NCBI GenBank assembly: GCA_964453635.1
Contig: CAYVSK010000004.1
Location: forward strand, 1 to 40,019
DNA from: an uncultured Weeksellaceae bacterium
GTDB taxonomy: Bacteria; Bacteroidota; Bacteroidia; Flavobacteriales_D; CAYVSK01
Direction of reading: 5' to 3'
DNA: 40,019 nt
This document shows, piece after piece, positions 28,019-36,261 of this stretch. The position numbers and the translations under genes were made by a program. The notes under the pieces were generated by a model, which made no database searches, was not told the DNA's origin, and saw only the letters and a list, made by a program, of their open reading frames with translations. Each line of letters opens with the position of its first letter. Within the stretch, counting starts at the first letter, position 1.

Positions 28019-28043
28019 AAAATATTTGAATGATTGTGAATCA

Positions 28044-28051
28044 CAAAGTTA
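28044..28051 (-). promoter_or_regulatory. Bacteroidota sigma-A -7 promoter element (TAACTTTG) for the amidase gene
   Basis: Perfect TAnnTTTG on the minus strand, about 25 nt upstream of ATG 28018, with an AT-rich leader. Confidence 0.7.
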
Positions 28052-28078
28052 AGGAAAATAGAACGCCCTGTCCCCCTT

Positions 28079-28675
28079 TTAAAGGCCGATCGAAATACCC
28101 CCCCTTATATTGGGCTGGGGAAAAGGGGAGGGCTGCCGTTGCTCAAGAACGTCCCAGAGCACGGTTAAAGAAACGTAACTGTTCGCTCCGACGCGGCTTC
28201 TGTAACCCCCACCTATAAAAAGGGCAGAAGTAAAAACGCGTCGGTTCCCGAAACCCACCGGATCGCGGATCAAATGATTAATGGACTGATACTCGGTTTG
28301 AAAGAATATACCCTGAAAGAGGACTTGCCTGAACCAGGCCCGTCCCCCGTATAAAGAGCTGCTAACATCGACCCTGTTGTTTCTGATGTACTGATAGATC
28401 CCTCCGACTGCAACGGACCGATCCTTCGACAAACGATAACCGACCACAGGTGAGGCATTGATAAAAGTGATGTCTCCGAATTGGAGTCCCATATTGCCGC
28501 CCACGAAGAGACGATCTTTCCAATTCCCCTTTTGCTGCTCCTGTCCTTTCTGCCGTTCCTTCTTCTCATCCGCTTTTTCCCCGCTTTGACCAAGGATGGA
28601 TGAATGAGGCCAGGAAAGCAACAAAAAGCACAACGGGATGAAAACAGGAAAAGAAAGGAGCCTCGAAAGGCGCAT
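28079..28675 (-). CDS. Hypothetical exported protein, probable small outer-membrane beta-barrel
   Basis: Signal peptide, then alternating amphipathic strands (FVGGNMGLQFG, INASPVVGYR, LFIGGGYR) ending in RGGISIGL. Confidence 0.7.
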   Translation of the reverse strand: MRLSRLLSFPVFIPLCFLLLSWPHSSILGQSGEKADEKKERQKGQEQQKGNWKDRLFVGGNMGLQFGDITFINASPVVGYRLSKDRSVAVGGIYQYIRNNRVDVSSSLYGGRAWFRQVLFQGIFFQTEYQSINHLIRDPVGFGNRRVFTSALFIGGGYRSRVGANSYVSLTVLWDVLEQRQPSPFPQPNIRGGISIGL

Positions 28676-28779
28676 GGAGACCTTTGTTTAGCGTTAACAA
28701 CGCAATATACGAAACGCTTCCCTGTATTACGATCACCCAGCGCGAACACCGGATCGTAACATTCCGGCCTACCTTTCTT

Positions 28780-29598
28780 TTATTCCCGGCAACGGGCGAT
28801 GAGATCCACGATGCGTTCACCGACCCCCTCCGGATCCTCCTGATGGGGCATATGACCACTTTTCTCTGGGAGATGGTCCTCGGTTCGGCCAGAAAGCGCT
28901 TTTTTGATCGCCTCCACCTGTGCCATGCTCCCGTAAGGGTCCCTTTCTCCCTGTATGAGGAGGACTGGGCTCGGGATTCCCCGAATATCAGCCTCGATAT
29001 TCCAGTCACGGAAGGCCTCGGAAAGCCATACATCGGCCCACCCATAGAACATGGGGTCGGTGTTGGTCCCGTGAAATTTCCAGAGCAGGGGACGCAAACG
29101 ACCCGTCTCGAATTCCCTTACAGTAGCCTGGATCCCTTTGATCGTGATCTCCTCAACGAAAACATGGGCAGCAATGGAAACAATGCCTCTCACTTTTTGG
29201 GGAAACCGGGCGGCATGTAAAAGCGCAATGGAGGCCCCATCACTATGGCCGATATGAAATAACGGATGCTGGATACCAAGCCGATCCAATAGAGCAGGGA
29301 GTGTCTCAAAGGCTTCTTCGTGCATGTAACGCAATTCGCGGTCCGCTTCAAGCTGGCTTGAACCCCCGTGCCCATACCGGTCGTATATCAAAGCGGGCAG
29401 GCCGGTCCGTTCGGCGATCTTTTCAGGGAAGCCTTTCCACTGTTCAATGCTTCCCAATCCATCATGCAGAAAGACCAGGAGCGGCGTACGACCATCTGTT
29501 CCCGGTTCCCCGATCAATCGGACCCTGATCGATCGATCTTTGACCCGGATGCTTTTTAATTGATCGAAACTGGACAATTCCCAGGGATTTAGGAGCAC
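28780..29598 (-). CDS. Alpha/beta fold hydrolase
   Basis: FLHDGLGS, YDRYGHGGS, nucleophile GHSDGAS, IQGERDPYG and GHMPH. Start codon uncertain. Confidence 0.9.
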   Translation of the reverse strand: MLLNPWELSSFDQLKSIRVKDRSIRVRLIGEPGTDGRTPLLVFLHDGLGSIEQWKGFPEKIAERTGLPALIYDRYGHGGSSQLEADRELRYMHEEAFETLPALLDRLGIQHPLFHIGHSDGASIALLHAARFPQKVRGIVSIAAHVFVEEITIKGIQATVREFETGRLRPLLWKFHGTNTDPMFYGWADVWLSEAFRDWNIEADIRGIPSPVLLIQGERDPYGSMAQVEAIKKALSGRTEDHLPEKSGHMPHQEDPEGVGERIVDLIARCRE

Positions 29599-29629
29599 AA
29601 AAAAAGCGACCCGGGACCCGGGTCGCTTT
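29599..29629 (-). terminator. Rho-independent terminator of the porP-gldKLMN operon
   Basis: Perfect 12-bp inverted repeat aaagcgacccgg / ccgggtcgcttt (29603-29614 / 29618-29629) with an A7 tract that reads as U7 on the minus strand, about 32 nt after the gldN stop. Confidence 0.85.
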
Positions 29630-29661
29630 CTCCTTAACTTTCCAAAACAAGGTCTCGGGGA

Positions 29662-30519
29662 TCAATAACTCCAGAGGTCGTGTTCGATCCGAAACAATTT
29701 GTTCTTGATGTCTTTTGCCTCGAGAAGCGCGTCAATTCCCTCTTTGTATTGACTGATCCGCCGGTCATGTACATTGGATTCCTTGATGATGTAGCTATCG
29801 AACATCCGCTTTTGAAAAATATCATCGAAGGTTATGCGCTTTGCATCGTTCTTGGGGTTAAAAGCCTCATAATTGGCAAGGACGTAGCGGGCTTCGGGAA
29901 AATAGATCCAAAAAAGCGGGGCATATCCCTGGTGTTCGCCACTCTCACTGGTAAGTTCCACCATGGGGGCCAAACCGATGATACGCTGTTCCATTACGGA
30001 CCTTTGCTTATCAAAGAACCAATCTTCCTTGATGCGGTACCGCTTAATATCAGCGCCGGTTATTTCTTCAGTTACATTGGTATCGTAAGGATTCCCCTGA
30101 GCATCATATTTGGTAATGGTCGTGGTGTCCACCATTTCCGCCTCGGCCTCGGAAGGGAGCAAGGGACTGGTGAATTCATCATCCTGGTTCACGGGCCCGG
30201 GATCATAAGCGGTAATGGACCCATCCACTGTGATCCCTTCTTTAAGGATGTGCCATAGACTCTGGCGATCCTCTATATCCTTTGTCGGATAAAAGAGGGG
30301 ATGGTTCATTTTTTGCTTCAAATCGAGCTGCCGCCAGATCCGTTTTTCATACATCACATCCGCTTCCCGGAGGTGAGGCGGCTGAACGACTTTCCGGGTA
30401 GGGGTGTGCTCCTCGATATAAGCACCATCCAATACCTGCTGTTGGGCGGAGCTATCCTTATGAACAAGCAGTACCACCCAAAAGAGCGGTATGAGGATGG
30501 TTGTTAGGGTCGTTCGCAT
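29662..30519 (-). CDS. gldN: T9SS/gliding motility protein GldN (PorN)
   Basis: LREADVMYEKRIWRQLDL..KMNHPLFYP, YRIKEDWFFDKQRSVME.RIIGLAP, LFWIYFPE and EHDLWSY; expected position in the operon. Confidence 0.96.
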   Translation of the reverse strand: MRTTLTTILIPLFWVVLLVHKDSSAQQQVLDGAYIEEHTPTRKVVQPPHLREADVMYEKRIWRQLDLKQKMNHPLFYPTKDIEDRQSLWHILKEGITVDGSITAYDPGPVNQDDEFTSPLLPSEAEAEMVDTTTITKYDAQGNPYDTNVTEEITGADIKRYRIKEDWFFDKQRSVMEQRIIGLAPMVELTSESGEHQGYAPLFWIYFPEARYVLANYEAFNPKNDAKRITFDDIFQKRMFDSYIIKESNVHDRRISQYKEGIDALLEAKDIKNKLFRIEHDLWSY

Positions 30520-30530
30520 AAGCACCTGTT

Positions 30531-32180
30531 TTAAATGGCTTTAAGACTCAAGCCACCGAGTTTCTTTTCTCCGTCAGGGCCCACCGCCTTGATGTTCTCA
30601 AAATACACTTTCTGCCCACTTTTGACCCGTTTAAGTACTTTCTTCATATCATTCGTGAGGGTCGCCCCGTTCTTTTGTTTATTGCGAACGGGTTGACCTG
30701 CTACAATGGCGGTCATGGTAAATTCGGTAACATTGTAATCCAGATCGAACTCGAAGTTCTCCATTTCCGCCCGCAAGCGACCAGCATTCCGCAGTTTGGT
30801 GGCCTTGATCTTCGAGTCGCTAATGCTTTTATCCATGAGATATGGTTTGGGAGGCGGGACGGTCTTGACCCGGAATTTTTTGGAACCATAAGTCTGGTTG
30901 GACTTTTTATTCCGGACCTGTATCTTACAGGAATTCCCACTGCTCACTTTTACGTGAAAATCCCCTTGACCTCTGGGTATGGCAGAACCACCACCCCCGA
31001 TCACACTGATTCCGAGATCGGCGGCAGCGACACCCGGTACACTGACACTGACCGGGTTCTTGACCCCGATGTAGAGCACGTTCATTTTCGTTGGGGAAAC
31101 GACAGCACTTTGTTCGGCAGCCCGGAATTTAGGAGCTTCCCCATTGACCCTGATCGGATAGGATTTCATATTCCCACTGGGACCCTGAATGGCGATCTCG
31201 CCCCCCCATTTGATCTCGCCTTTCTTTTCAGGAACAACAGTGTAAGTTGCGATACCATTGTCATAAGTAATGTTGGCGCTGTCTATCTCACCTTTAAGGT
31301 TCCCAGCCGTATCGAGATCCTGGCCAACACGGAGCTCTGGCTGGCGGGTACTGTTCCAGGCCGCAACGACAACGTCCGCCCGGTACGTATCACCGACAGC
31401 AATGTAGTCAGAGTTCGGGACGACTTTGGGGGCCAGGGTATCGAATTTGAAATCGGAAGCCCCGATCTGCCCTTTGAGTTCAGAAACAACGTCGGATTCC
31501 GCGTTCCGAACGTCGGACTGGATCTTGGTAAGAGCGGTTATAGCAGCTGCCACGGGGGCTTGGTAAAAATGCAAACCGCCCCAGGATTCGGCAGCCGGAT
31601 CATCCGCTTCAGGTTGGCCCTTGGTCTGAAGGCCGAGACTGATCTTACCAGTATCCATATCGGTCAATTCGACAAGGGATCTCGTAAGAAAATTGCGGAA
31701 GGAATCGATCCGCATCTCCAGCCCCCTGGCGGTGTAGTTCCCCCATTCAGGACCCTTTGGATCCAAGGGTGTTGACAAACCAAGTTTCTGGGTTGGAACA
31801 TTCTTATTGGAGAGGCCGCTCATTTCCCCCAGGCCAATCTTCTCGGCAGTATCCCATGGAACCCCCTGAGTATGTTTTTTGAGGTAGGTTTTCATATCCC
31901 GAATGTGGTTAAAAAGGGTATCCGCCCTTTCCCGCACTTCCTTGGCCCGGTTCCAGTAATCGGCAGCTTTTTTCCTGTCCGCCATATAAGTCTCCTTGAA
32001 ATCACTATAGAGCACGTTGTTCTTCCGCATGAAATTCTCCGTGGTGACCTCGAGACTTTGGTTGACCCGAACAAAAGCATTGAGAATACTTTTGGAAACA
32101 TTTAGCGCCAAAAGAGCCGTCAACACCAAGTACATCAGGTTGATCATCTTCTGCCTCGGGGATAGGTTGCCGCCTGCCAT
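30531..32180 (-). CDS. gldM: T9SS/gliding motor protein GldM (PorM)
   Basis: MAGGNLSPRQKMINLMYLVLTALLALNVS and SPTKMNVLYIGVKNPVSVSVPG. Confidence 0.97.
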   Translation of the reverse strand: MAGGNLSPRQKMINLMYLVLTALLALNVSKSILNAFVRVNQSLEVTTENFMRKNNVLYSDFKETYMADRKKAADYWNRAKEVRERADTLFNHIRDMKTYLKKHTQGVPWDTAEKIGLGEMSGLSNKNVPTQKLGLSTPLDPKGPEWGNYTARGLEMRIDSFRNFLTRSLVELTDMDTGKISLGLQTKGQPEADDPAAESWGGLHFYQAPVAAAITALTKIQSDVRNAESDVVSELKGQIGASDFKFDTLAPKVVPNSDYIAVGDTYRADVVVAAWNSTRQPELRVGQDLDTAGNLKGEIDSANITYDNGIATYTVVPEKKGEIKWGGEIAIQGPSGNMKSYPIRVNGEAPKFRAAEQSAVVSPTKMNVLYIGVKNPVSVSVPGVAAADLGISVIGGGGSAIPRGQGDFHVKVSSGNSCKIQVRNKKSNQTYGSKKFRVKTVPPPKPYLMDKSISDSKIKATKLRNAGRLRAEMENFEFDLDYNVTEFTMTAIVAGQPVRNKQKNGATLTNDMKKVLKRVKSGQKVYFENIKAVGPDGEKKLGGLSLKAI

Positions 32181-32261
32181 CGCTTCGTTCTTTATTTATT
32201 GACTTTCAGTACGTTCATTTTTTTATTTAAAACCTACACGAGAAGAGTCAGCCCCCCTGTT

Positions 32262-33092
32262 TCATTGCTGATCCTTGTTCACGTTCATGGCCGAGAGCAT
32301 ATTGCCATACACGTTGTTGAGGGCTGAGAGGTTCTTGGACAATTCAGCGATGTTCTCTTTGTACTTCTGGGTATCCTCGACCGAATCGTTGAGATTCTGG
32401 ACCAGCTGTTCGATCCCCTCGAAAGCTTTGTTGGTGTTCTCGAGGTGCTCATTGGTGCTTTTAAGTTGCAGCTCGTACACATTATTGAGGGAGGCGAGGT
32501 TCTCGGATAGTTGCTGGAGATTGTCCCCCGCGGTCTTCCCGGCCTCGGAGCTTTCCGTGATCCCTGTAAGGGCCTGGGAAGCTTCCTCGTAAGACTGGGT
32601 CAGCTCACCCACCTTAGTGGATGCATTTCTCAAGCTTTCAGTATACTCATTGGTAGCCACGGAAGCGTCACTCATCTCCCCGAGCTTGTTGGCCTGGTCG
32701 CTAAGGGAGCGCAACCCTTGCCCCAAGCTCTCGATCAGTTCAGGTTCGATCTTGGCCTCCTCCATCATTTTGTCCAGTTCTTCGGTAGGGGAGTTGGGTT
32801 CTTCTTCACTTCCTTCTTCCTCTTCCGTCTCTCCTTCTTCCTCCTCGTCCTCAGATTTACCACCGGTCGCCAATTCCGGGTATACGAGGGACCAATCGAT
32901 CTCCTCCTTCACCGGTTCAAAGGCGGAAAAGAAAAAGATAATGGATTCGGTGGAAAGGCCGATCACCAACATGATACCGGCACCGGGATAGTGGTTGATC
33001 TTAAAGAGAGCCCCCAGGAGCACCACAGCGGCACCAATACCATACAACTTTGCCATGAACTTCTTCCAAGCTAAACTTCCGGGTTTAAACAT
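32262..33092 (-). CDS. gldL: T9SS/gliding motor protein GldL (PorL)
   Basis: YGIGAAVVLLGALFKINH, GLSTE..IFFFSAFEP, DWSLVYPEL and a C-terminal LNNVYGNMLSAM. Confidence 0.97.
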   Translation of the reverse strand: MFKPGSLAWKKFMAKLYGIGAAVVLLGALFKINHYPGAGIMLVIGLSTESIIFFFSAFEPVKEEIDWSLVYPELATGGKSEDEEEEGETEEEEGSEEEPNSPTEELDKMMEEAKIEPELIESLGQGLRSLSDQANKLGEMSDASVATNEYTESLRNASTKVGELTQSYEEASQALTGITESSEAGKTAGDNLQQLSENLASLNNVYELQLKSTNEHLENTNKAFEGIEQLVQNLNDSVEDTQKYKENIAELSKNLSALNNVYGNMLSAMNVNKDQQ

Positions 33093-33152
33093 GATCCAAG
33101 GATTTGGTTAAACGATCTGCGTGATTAAAAATCAAAAAAGCCTATTGAACGA

Positions 33153-34517
33153 TCAGGATCCCTGATTTCCGAGGTTTTCGTCTCCCTTGGCCCGGCCAAG
33201 GAAATGCATGACCGAGCGGAAACCGATATAGCTCTTGGCCGTGTCCTGATATTCGTAACTCCGGGTACCGGTCTGAAGATAGTACCCGATATCCTTCCAA
33301 GAACCACCTCGAATGACTTTCCGCTTGAGCGTGGGGGGGTCGTTCTTTTTTGCTCGGTATTGATACTCGGGGTTCAGGTCGTGGGAGAAACTGTATACCG
33401 ATTCGGTAAAGGCGGTGCTGGTCCATTCGGACACGTTCCCGGCCATGCAATAGAGCCCGAAATTGTTGGGCGAATAGGAGTCGGCCCGGACCGTATGGAA
33501 GCCACCGTCCGCTCGGTAATCCCCGCGCATGGGCTTAAAGTTCCCGAGAAAACAACCTTTCCTGTTCCGGATATAGGGACCACCCCATGGATAAGGGCTG
33601 CCATCCAAGCCACCCCGGGCCGCGTACTCCCACTGGGCTTCGGTCGGGAGCCGGAATTTGGCAATATAGGTAAGGCCCTGCCCTTTCCGAAAGGTGTTCA
33701 AGTACTTGGTCCGCCAATGATTGAAGGCCTTGGCCTGGCCCCAGGTAACACCAACGACGGGATAGGCATCGTAGGCGGGATGCCAGAAGTAGTTATTGGT
33801 CATCGGCTCATTAAAGGAATAAGAAAAGTCGTGCACCCAACAGAGGGTATCGGGATATACGTTGATCTGTTCCTTGATTATGAACTGTGACCGATCACTA
33901 TGGCCCCGGATCGCATGCTTTTGTCCGATCTTGTTCTCAACCCCCAGGTCGAGGTCCTTGTTCTCTTTATTAGAAGCAGCCTCCAGGTTGATCCAATAGT
34001 ACTCGAACATCAATTTCCGCGTGTCGATGTTCCGCCGCCGGTAATATCGCTCATGTTCCGGCAGGAACATAAAGGAAAGGGCTTCGCGGACGTCGAGTTG
34101 CTGCCATTGGATCTCGGGTTCCCAACGCAGAATGGGGGGTATCAGTTCCTGGCCATAACGGTTCTCACGCCTTACGTGTTCACCGATCCCTTCTTCCCCG
34201 AGGGCGCGCTTGGCAATGGAATCGCGCACGTAATTCACGAACTGCCGATACTCGTTATTCGTGATCTCCGTCTGGTCCATATAGAAAGCCTGGACGGACA
34301 CGGTTTTGTTCACAGCCGTATGGGCGTAAGGTACATCCTGATCGCTCTGCCCCATTTTAAAGCTTCCCATCGGGATGTACAGGGTACCGTAGGGGTCCGG
34401 TTGAAACCACTGGGGCCGGGGACGAACCCCGATCAACTCCCCTCGGTCTCCACCTGCACATCCCCATAAAAGGGAAAGCAGGGGAAAGATCCAACCGTAT
34501 TTGAGGAATTTTTTCAT
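33153..34517 (-). CDS. gldK: T9SS/gliding lipoprotein GldK (PorK), FGE-sulfatase-like fold
   Basis: Lipobox LLWGC, GELIGV, FYMDQTEITNNEYRQFV, YFWHPAYDAYPVVGV, FRLPTEAQWEYAARGG and RGGSWKD. Start at ATG 34517. Confidence 0.96.
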   Translation of the reverse strand: MKKFLKYGWIFPLLSLLWGCAGGDRGELIGVRPRPQWFQPDPYGTLYIPMGSFKMGQSDQDVPYAHTAVNKTVSVQAFYMDQTEITNNEYRQFVNYVRDSIAKRALGEEGIGEHVRRENRYGQELIPPILRWEPEIQWQQLDVREALSFMFLPEHERYYRRRNIDTRKLMFEYYWINLEAASNKENKDLDLGVENKIGQKHAIRGHSDRSQFIIKEQINVYPDTLCWVHDFSYSFNEPMTNNYFWHPAYDAYPVVGVTWGQAKAFNHWRTKYLNTFRKGQGLTYIAKFRLPTEAQWEYAARGGLDGSPYPWGGPYIRNRKGCFLGNFKPMRGDYRADGGFHTVRADSYSPNNFGLYCMAGNVSEWTSTAFTESVYSFSHDLNPEYQYRAKKNDPPTLKRKVIRGGSWKDIGYYLQTGTRSYEYQDTAKSYIGFRSVMHFLGRAKGDENLGNQGS

Positions 34518-34627
34518 GGCCTTTCTTTTGATTCGACCGACCGTTCCCGGTTTTCGATCCTGATTCCGCAAAGACCTTTCAACGATAAAAGATCAAAAAG
34601 GTTACAGAGGATCGATCCCCCGGTGGA

Positions 34628-35605
34628 TCACATAAAGCGCACGTCCTTCACTTTCCGACGTTTGGGGGGTTTAATGAGTTTAAAACAATATTTTACCATC
34701 AGTTCATGGCTCCCGTTGCTGTGATTGTTCAGCTCAGAGGTGGTCACATCGTAAGAATAGCCCACTTTCAATTGGGAGTCGCTGCTGAGTCGATGCTTGT
34801 ACCCGACAAGGGGTGCCACAGCATCGGCCGGCCTATATGAAACGCCGGCCCATAGTTGATCATTGTACATAAAGTTCACATTGACATCGAACTGTGCGGA
34901 AGCTCCATCAGTCTTGGCAAAGATGGAAGGCTTCAGCACATACATCGGATTGCCATTGATGTTATAGTCGTAACCAGCCATCACGTAGAAGTGCCGTTGC
35001 ATTTCCATATCGAGGGCGTAATCAGATGCCTCAAAGGATGCGGAGGTTTTGGTCAAATGCGTGGAGGAGATCCCCATATACATCTTATTGGTCTTGTAGT
35101 ACGCACCGAGACTGATGTCGTAAGTGGTACTGGAAGCATTGTCATTGGGGATGGTCTCGTCAGCCGCAGGATTCGTTTGAGGGGGCTTCCAAGTACTTCC
35201 GAGCGTTTTGTTAATGGCCCCTATCGCAATACCACCGCTCACCTTTCCGATACCGACGGGTTTCTGATAGGAATACGAGAATCGCGCTACCGTGCTCTCT
35301 TCTTGCCCGAGGTAATCGTAATACACGGTAAGACCAGCCCCACTGTTCGGAACGCCGAAAGGCGTGAGGGGGGCCTCCACGTTCAACATGCTTTGGGTCG
35401 GGGAGTTCACATCATTGGCGAAACCAGCCCACTGTTCCCGAAAAAAACCGGTCGCACATATAAAATCCCCGGTACCAGCGGAGGCCGGATTCACGGATAA
35501 ACGGTCGAACATGTTCTGGGTGTACTGGGGATCCTGTTGAGCCCAGCCCCCTCCTTGTACAAAAAAGGCCAGAAGAAAAGCGAGGGAAGCGCCTCTTTTA
35601 AGCAT
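34628..35605 (-). CDS. porP: PorP/SprF family T9SS outer-membrane protein
   Basis: AQQDPQYTQNMF...NPASAG, R.QWAGF, WAGVSYR and GYSYDVTTS...GSHELMVKYCF; directly upstream of gldK. Confidence 0.93.
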   Translation of the reverse strand: MLKRGASLAFLLAFFVQGGGWAQQDPQYTQNMFDRLSVNPASAGTGDFICATGFFREQWAGFANDVNSPTQSMLNVEAPLTPFGVPNSGAGLTVYYDYLGQEESTVARFSYSYQKPVGIGKVSGGIAIGAINKTLGSTWKPPQTNPAADETIPNDNASSTTYDISLGAYYKTNKMYMGISSTHLTKTSASFEASDYALDMEMQRHFYVMAGYDYNINGNPMYVLKPSIFAKTDGASAQFDVNVNFMYNDQLWAGVSYRPADAVAPLVGYKHRLSSDSQLKVGYSYDVTTSELNNHSNGSHELMVKYCFKLIKPPKRRKVKDVRFM

Positions 35606-35865
35606 TGAAAGCCGGTTTTGGTTTGGAAAGCTCCTTTTGTTTAGATCCACTTAATCGGTGCTAATATAACATTTTCATCGATCCCTCCAAAACTTTCAAC
35701 AACAAAAACAATTTTTCAACAATTGTTCGCCGTCCTTGCATCCCGTTATCACGAGGCCCCTTTCACCGCTCAAATGCGCCCACAACAGGCCCCAAATTTG
35801 CAAGGGATCGCGGGACCCGGTTATCCGGGACAAAAAATTTGAATGATGTGAAAAAAAAACACCGG

Positions 35866-36240
35866 TCATTTTTTCCGAAGATAAAGCGTGAACCCCTTAT
35901 CGGAATTTTTCCATTCCTGTTCGTTGCGATTCTTTTCGTAGAAATAGACAGCCGTGTCATCTTTCACCTGTTCAAATTTTAACAACAGGGTATCCGCCTT
36001 TCTTCTGAATTTACCCTTCAAAAAACCATCCCCTTGTTTATTGATGAACGTGCTATCCTCATTGAACGTATACGTATTTCCGACCATCATTTCCCCTATA
36101 CCTCCCTCGGAATCGACCACTTCCCAAGTCCCGTAAAAACTGTATTGAACACAGCCGGGCATTAAAAGAAGACCCAGGGTCAACCCTGTCAAAACAAAGG
36201 TGGAAAAAGCGCCGGAAAGATCTTTATTGAGGGTTCGCAT
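35866..36240 (-). CDS. Small hypothetical lipoprotein with lipocalin-like GxW motif
   Basis: Hydrophobic stretch ending in LMPGC (lipobox-like), followed by YGTWEV and YTFNEDSTF. AT-richer than its neighbours. Confidence 0.65.
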   Translation of the reverse strand: MRTLNKDLSGAFSTFVLTGLTLGLLLMPGCVQYSFYGTWEVVDSEGGIGEMMVGNTYTFNEDSTFINKQGDGFLKGKFRRKADTLLLKFEQVKDDTAVYFYEKNRNEQEWKNSDKGFTLYLRKK

Positions 36241-36261
36241 CCGTGGCCATGCTTTTTGTTC

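Noticed and set aside
30675-31775. 366-aa plus-strand ORF
   Set aside because: Antisense shadow of gldM.
33153-34517. Formylglycine-generating enzyme call
   Set aside because: The FGE-like fold is the known fold of GldK. The lipobox and operon position identify it as GldK.
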